Of a stretch of DNA of 35,619 nucleotides, positions 31,304 to 35,619 are shown piece by piece. The position numbers and the translations under genes are program-made. Every line of letters starts with the position of its first letter. Position 1 is the stretch's first letter. The notes under the pieces are model-generated. The model was not told where the DNA came from. It saw only the letters and a list, made by a program, of their open reading frames with translations, and did no database searches. The stretch is taken from positions 1-35,619 of IMG/VR virus record IMGVR_UViG_3300045988_023336. The stretch is one strand, 5' to 3'. Source of the stretch: a virus.

Positions 31304-33304
31304 TTAATCTTTTTTATAATAATTACTAGTAAATCCTTCTGCCCTCAACGGAATGCCGAACGGGTCGGCCCATTTTGGCGTAGCGGCCATAGCTTCGCAA
31401 ATCTCACTTAGCGATACGGTCGGCTTGCCAAAATCATCTAAAGGCGTTTCGTTAACGGTTTCGTCGTGGATATGCCCCACGATCTTAACAGCCGGATAAC
31501 GTTTTACAATCTCCTGCATACCATAAGCCAATAGGTCACGGCTTACTGCCTGCGTGATATTTTCGGTTAGCTTTCCGCCGTACGTGTCTAGGTCTGCCCA
31601 TTTTCCAGTAAGGTCTTGACCCTTGTATGTTATAACCTCCCTGTCTCGTCCGTGCACGCTTTTCGTAGCAATCCGGCAAAACGGGTAAAACAAACGACGG
31701 CCCGAAGGTAATAAAATAGCTAGAGAATCGTTTTCTTTAAACCATTGAAATGTACAAACGTGTACGCCGTACCGAATAACTTCTACGTCCTTCTTGTTAC
31801 GGATGCACAATTTAGCCCGGCTGTCAAGGGCTTCCCAGAATTCAACCACCCTCGGCGAAGCTGCGCGCCATCTCAATATGATGTCCTTGTACAATGTGGG
31901 ATCAATCGCCTTTTCATAGTCCATCGTAGACATAGCACCTACCCAACCGCCATAGCCTAATGCAAGCTCGGTTACTTTACCCTGTTGGCGGTAATGGGTG
32001 CCTTTTCCGCATTGATCCTCGGGCAAACTAAATGTCATACTTGCGGACACTACGTATATATCTTTCCCGTTGCGGAACGCTTCAATACGCCAATCTTCAC
32101 GGCATAGGCACGCCAGTACGCGGGCTTCGATGGCCGAATAGTCGGCGATGTGGAATGTAGTTCCCTTGGGGGCTACGAACGTTGTTCTGATAAGCTGCGA
32201 TAGTGTGTCAGGCACATTTCCCCAGAACAATTCGAAGTCCTGCAAACTCATGTGTTTAACGTTATCGCGTGCGCCGTCTAGATCGTGTATATAGTTACGT
32301 GGTAGGTTCTGCATTTGGACTAGTCTACCCGCCCATCTTCCAGTACGGCCCGCGCCGTAAAATCTATATAAGCCGTGTACCCGTCCGTCGAAGCACACGC
32401 AATTGCGCATCGCTGTATATTTGGCGTTACTAGTCTTGTTTATGATCTTACGTGCGTTCAGCACCTCGTCTACCCGCTCGTTGTCGCACTCCTGCATAAT
32501 CTCCTCTATGTCCTCTTTGCGGAATGAATCGAAAGATTTTCCGGTGTTGATCAGAACGAAGTCCCTAAGTTGCATTGCGGACTTAAGAGATGATATGCCG
32601 TACTTAGTTTTAATCCGGTTCTTCAGCTCCTCGCAAAACTCTTCGTTGAGAGCGTCCGCGCGTTCTGCCAGCTCCATATCCACGGCTATGCCGTTGTCAT
32701 TAATGTCTTGATCCAGTCTATACAGGTCTATTTCCGACTGTGGGAACTTACAGTAATCAAGGCGTGCCAGGGCTTCACGTTCTGAAAGAATGTCGTAACG
32801 TAGGTAGTCTATAAATTCCTCCCACTTTTCCGCGTTATCTTCTGGCAAATTGCGGTACTCTTCCGGTTTCGATCTAGTCGGTTTTTGCGGTTGGCAAAAG
32901 AACTTTATAAGGGCTAGCCCGGTGCCCTTCTTGCCTTCTTTCAAGTCCAGTGCCTTAGAAAGGTTTCCCAGGCTCTCCGGGAATCCGGCGTATAACGCCA
33001 TAGTTGCGGTACACAAGAAACGTTCCGCCGGGATACTGATGCCGTATGCCATCAAACACAACCGTTCAAACTGCGCGTTGTGCGCTACGATCGTGTATTG
33101 CGTATCGAGAAGTAAGTTGATGAAGTCCGTAAATTGATCGTAAGCGTCTGATCTAGTCATATCAACTATATTAACTGCGCCGTCGCCTACCGCGTAACCG
33201 ATAAGGAGTATTTCGAAGTCCGGCGATTGCGTATACCGGTACGCTCCGCCTGCCTTAATGTCCTCGCTTGAATAAGTTTCAAAATCTATATAAATTGGTT
33301 TCAT
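31304..33304 (-). CDS. Family A DNA polymerase with a 3'-5' exonuclease domain (666 aa from the ATG at 33304)
   Basis: Exo I IDFETYS and Exo II HNAQFE. Pol motif A DYSAIEARVLA, motif B RQQGKVTELALGYGG, motif C GHIHDE. The track N-terminal extension (33305-33352) runs through a terminator hairpin. Confidence 0.9.
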   Translation of the reverse strand: MKPIYIDFETYSSEDIKAGGAYRYTQSPDFEILLIGYAVGDGAVNIVDMTRSDAYDQFTDFINLLLDTQYTIVAHNAQFERLCLMAYGISIPAERFLCTATMALYAGFPESLGNLSKALDLKEGKKGTGLALIKFFCQPQKPTRSKPEEYRNLPEDNAEKWEEFIDYLRYDILSEREALARLDYCKFPQSEIDLYRLDQDINDNGIAVDMELAERADALNEEFCEELKNRIKTKYGISSLKSAMQLRDFVLINTGKSFDSFRKEDIEEIMQECDNERVDEVLNARKIINKTSNAKYTAMRNCVCFDGRVHGLYRFYGAGRTGRWAGRLVQMQNLPRNYIHDLDGARDNVKHMSLQDFELFWGNVPDTLSQLIRTTFVAPKGTTFHIADYSAIEARVLACLCREDWRIEAFRNGKDIYVVSASMTFSLPEDQCGKGTHYRQQGKVTELALGYGGWVGAMSTMDYEKAIDPTLYKDIILRWRAASPRVVEFWEALDSRAKLCIRNKKDVEVIRYGVHVCTFQWFKENDSLAILLPSGRRLFYPFCRIATKSVHGRDREVITYKGQDLTGKWADLDTYGGKLTENITQAVSRDLLAYGMQEIVKRYPAVKIVGHIHDETVNETPLDDFGKPTVSLSEICEAMAATPKWADPFGIPLRAEGFTSNYYKKD

Positions 33305-33327
33305 GTCTTTAGGGGTTTTTAAAATTA

Positions 33328-33359
33328 AAGCCGCGCCGCTTCTACTCGGCACGGCTTTT
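33328..33359 (-). terminator. Intrinsic terminator/attenuator between the ssb-like gene and the polymerase gene
   Basis: The 12-bp stem is aaagccgcgccg / cggcacggcttt, with one G-U pair on the minus-sense RNA and an 8-nt loop. The minus-sense RNA continues UUUAAUUUUAAAAA. The plus strand also has TTTT after the stem. Confidence 0.65.
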
Positions 33360-33433
33360 GAGAATCATTTTACACCTGTTTTAACGAGATTGATTAATAA
33401 TTAATTTAATTGTTTATACTTGAAATAATTGTT

Positions 33434-34000
33434 TTAGTTGAAATCTGCCAGACTGTCGTTTTCATCGCTTAAATCTTCGAAGTCGTTAACGCTTGATCCG
33501 CCGTCCAGTCTATCATCATCGGTTACTTTCTGTATCCCGTTCAATCCGGCTGTTATACCGCGGTTGTCGGCGCTCATATTGTAACCATAGATTGAGATGG
33601 AAGCTACTCCCCAAGAGCCGGAATACATATCCTCCTTCACTGTAATCGGGCGTTTACTCTTGTCGATTATGATCGGTTGCCCGTGTTCCTCCTTGCGCTT
33701 CGCTGTGATGTAATAACATCCTTCATACCCGGCTTGTCCTTCTTTCTCCGGCGCGTCGCCATCCCGTAACGGGCTTTTGTAATTTTCCGGTACGCGTCCT
33801 TTGAATTTTGGGTCTCTTGAAAAATAATCCTGCGCTTCTGCCTTAACCGCGTCATTGATTTGCTTAATCAAAGCTGTATCTGTTTTAGGGATCAACAATG
33901 TTACACTGTAATGATATTCACCTACGCCTTGATACTGTTCTGCCTCGAAAACTCTTACATAAGAGAAACGTACGTTTTTTAAGATCAATTTTCTACTCAT
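33434..34000 (-). CDS. DUF2815-type phage ssDNA-binding protein (188 aa)
   Basis: VRFSYVRVFEAE...YSVTLLIPKTDTALIKQINDAVKA matches the characteristic N-terminus of DUF2815 proteins. The C-terminal tail is acidic (DFEDLSDENDSLADFN). The gene sits between a DUF2800-like gene and PolA, as in the known module. Confidence 0.8.
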   Translation of the reverse strand: MSRKLILKNVRFSYVRVFEAEQYQGVGEYHYSVTLLIPKTDTALIKQINDAVKAEAQDYFSRDPKFKGRVPENYKSPLRDGDAPEKEGQAGYEGCYYITAKRKEEHGQPIIIDKSKRPITVKEDMYSGSWGVASISIYGYNMSADNRGITAGLNGIQKVTDDDRLDGGSSVNDFEDLSDENDSLADFN

Positions 34001-34029
34001 AATTTTTAAGTTTAATTTGTTTCACGGTT

Positions 34030-34059
34030 CAAAGATATTGCTTTATTTTAAACTTCAAA
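34030..34059 (-). promoter_or_regulatory. Early promoter P4 (-7 TATCTTTG, -33 TTTG, 18-nt spacer)
   Basis: Plus-strand caaagata at 34030-34037 and caaa at 34056-34059. The spacer GCTTTATTTTAAACTTCAAA is nearly identical to the P1 spacer. Confidence 0.6.
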
Positions 34060-34095
34060 CCTTTTATACATTCTTTAATTGTTTTTTAACTTCTG

Positions 34096-35259
34096 TTAGC
34101 CTTCGATGTCGAAGTCGCAAAGCGGGTTATATTCCACACCCTTAGCGCTTTCCGGTACTAGTTTCGGTGCTCCGGGTCGCGATTCGATCGCGTCTCCAAA
34201 CCTCGCGCTAAATACCTTTTTACCCAACAGTTTTTCGAGATCTCCGATACCCTTTAGCTTGATGTTTAAAACCTCGTCCTCCAGGAACTCGTTTAATAAC
34301 TCCTGCCGTACCTTTGCTTCGTCCGTGATAACTCGGCTTGACCGTCCGGCTACTAGCTTGTAACCGTTCCATTTATGCCCCTGTATCGCTCTATCGTAGA
34401 CGTACTTATTAACTGATTCGATCCAGCTCTTATACGTGTCGATCTTACCAATAAGGTCGGTTACTTCTTCGTCAGACAATAACAGCGGTTCGGGCTTTTC
34501 GTCGAAGTCTGCAAGTATTGCGTCACGTTGCGCCCTGCATTGGGCTTTAACCGGACAAAATCCGCACCAACTCCCGATAACCTGTTTTCCTTTGCCCTGT
34601 ATTGCCGCTTTTGCGGCGGGTTTCAGGACTTTCTCCGCCCAGTCAAGTAATTCACCCTTCGACATCTCAAACGTGTCGTAGTGGTCTAATCTGACTTGTG
34701 CTATCGTCATTCGAATATTGGTTATGTTCGGCGACATTGCTGCCTTCAAAGTTCCCAAGGCATACAGCATCATTTGTTCGTTGTGATCGGCTGTTACCTT
34801 AACACCCGCGCCGTACTTCAGATCTATAATGTGTATCGTCTTGTCAGATACTAGTGTTACGTCTACCGATCCGAACGAATCCGGTGCGTAATCGGTAATG
34901 TCTACTTTACGCTCTAGGAACATTTCGCTTAAACCGTCCGCCTTCTGCATTTCGTAAATTTCACCGATAACATAATTGCAATAGTCGCGAATGTAATTTG
35001 CCATGTCAATACTAAACAGCGGGTTTTTGAGGTGTTCATAGTTGACGGGTAACTCTTCGTCGACGATCGGATCATATAAGCCGTTCATATACTGTGTCAA
35101 CGCGTATTCGGCTATTTCGTGGGCTAGAGTTCCCTCTTCCGCGTAAACGCTTGTCTTACTGCCTGCGGCTTCTGCTAGTAGCGCCGATGGAGTGCAATTT
35201 ATCCATCGTTTCGCGCTACTCGGCGATAAAATCGCGTGGTCTCTATCTGCGTGTCCCAT
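34096..35259 (-). CDS. DUF2800-like PD-(D/E)XK (Cas4/RecB-like) exonuclease with a C-terminal Cys cluster
   Basis: The N-terminus HAILSPSSAKRWINCTPS is the hallmark of DUF2800. IIDLKYG is the (D/E)xK core. GSWCGFCPVKAQC is an Fe-S-type cysteine cluster. A TAATG overlap links it to the upstream gene. Confidence 0.8.
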   Translation of the reverse strand: MGHADRDHAILSPSSAKRWINCTPSALLAEAAGSKTSVYAEEGTLAHEIAEYALTQYMNGLYDPIVDEELPVNYEHLKNPLFSIDMANYIRDYCNYVIGEIYEMQKADGLSEMFLERKVDITDYAPDSFGSVDVTLVSDKTIHIIDLKYGAGVKVTADHNEQMMLYALGTLKAAMSPNITNIRMTIAQVRLDHYDTFEMSKGELLDWAEKVLKPAAKAAIQGKGKQVIGSWCGFCPVKAQCRAQRDAILADFDEKPEPLLLSDEEVTDLIGKIDTYKSWIESVNKYVYDRAIQGHKWNGYKLVAGRSSRVITDEAKVRQELLNEFLEDEVLNIKLKGIGDLEKLLGKKVFSARFGDAIESRPGAPKLVPESAKGVEYNPLCDFDIEG

Positions 35260-35619
35260 TATAGGCGGCTCGAAATGTATGCAACAAAATCGTTAAACAT
35301 CTCTTCCTTCAACGTCGGGAAACTGGAAGCGCCTACGCTTTCAAAAGCTTCCTGTACAATCGGGCGTTTCTTCGCGTTTAGAGCCTTCATAGCCCATGAT
35401 TTACAATCGTCGATAGTGTGCTCCGTTTCTGTCTTAGCGGGCTTCTCTGATGGTGCCGGAGCAGGTTCTTCCACTGGTGCCGGAGCAGGTTCTTCCACTG
35501 GTGCCGGAGCAGGTTCTTCCACTGGTGCGGGTTCTTCTGCCTTTGCAGGTTCTTCCACTGGTGTAGGCTCTTCCACTGGTGCAGGCTCTTCTGCTGGTGC
35601 AGGCTCTTCTGCTGGTGCA
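35259..35619 (-). CDS. C-terminal part of the wrap-around acidic PAPxEE-repeat protein (continuation of 1..304)
   Basis: The frame of track ORF 35259..35576 remains open to the window end. The repeat EEPAPAPV occurs three times, followed by a globular C-terminus (TEHTIDDCKSWAMKALNAKKRPIVQEAFESVGASSFPTLKEEMFNDFVAYISSRL). Confidence 0.7.
   Translation of the reverse strand, partial: APAEEPAPAEEPAPVEEPTPVEEPAKAEEPAPVEEPAPAPVEEPAPAPVEEPAPAPSEKPAKTETEHTIDDCKSWAMKALNAKKRPIVQEAFESVGASSFPTLKEEMFNDFVAYISSRL
35451..35619. repeat. In-frame tandem repeats: 3 perfect 24-nt units (35451-35522), then degenerate 18-nt units running to the window end
   Basis: tggtgccggagcaggttcttccac occurs three times. Then ggctcttc(c/t)(a/g)ctggtgca units follow. 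The last 35 nt equal the first 35 nt of the window. Confidence 0.9.

Noticed and set aside
1248-34681. All plus-strand ORFs in the track (for example 1248..1580, 1976..2329, 4356..4619, 9316..9594, 20621..21100, 29327..29785, 34106..34363)
   Set aside because: Each lies antisense inside a longer, motif-supported minus-strand gene or across its control region. Their products are low-complexity (Ser/Ala/Phe-rich mirror frames), and none has a TAnnTTTG box or coupling to neighbours.

Overview
The window reads as one complete tailed-phage genome of about 35.6 kb. Its first 35 nt are identical to its last 35 nt, and an ORF continues in frame across that junction, so the contig is probably circularly closed. 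Every credible gene (about 50) is on the minus strand, coding is very dense, and many neighbouring genes share ATGA or TAATG stop/start overlaps. In transcription order (descending coordinates) the map has four parts. (1) An early/replication arm wraps the window ends: 797->1 then 35619->21607. It holds a 109-aa ORF, an unannotated 59-aa Xis/MerR-type HTH, an acidic PAPxEE-repeat protein, a DUF2800-like PD-(D/E)XK/Cas4-like nuclease and a DUF2815-like ssDNA-binding protein. It continues with a family A DNA polymerase, a VirE-type primase/helicase, a VRR-NUC nuclease, an SNF2 helicase and about 20 small accessory ORFs. (2) A 0.5-kb non-coding control region follows at 21080-21606. (3) A late arm runs 21004->1364: terS, terL, a beta-helix fibre-like protein, tail proteins including one with BACON-like repeats, tape measure, protease/scaffold, major capsid, three tandem paralogues, portal, holin, M15 endolysin and a spanin-like protein. 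(4) A second 0.5-kb non-coding control region lies at 798-1363. Repeated TTTG-N18-21-TAnnTTTG promoter boxes, the absence of Shine-Dalgarno sequences and the BACON-like domains point to a Bacteroidota host. No integrase, repressor, tRNA, CRISPR array or reverse transcriptase is visible. The most unusual content is regulatory rather than protein-coding. Twin ~185-bp direct-repeat modules and arrays of a GTGTCAAAGATGGAAAG-type box fill both control regions. A family of near-identical early promoters is present. Two small gene cassettes have unrelated genes but share the same promoter/leader and the same intergenic hairpin, and that hairpin shows two compensatory base-pair flips. All functional calls rest on by-eye motif recognition and gene context; no database search was possible.
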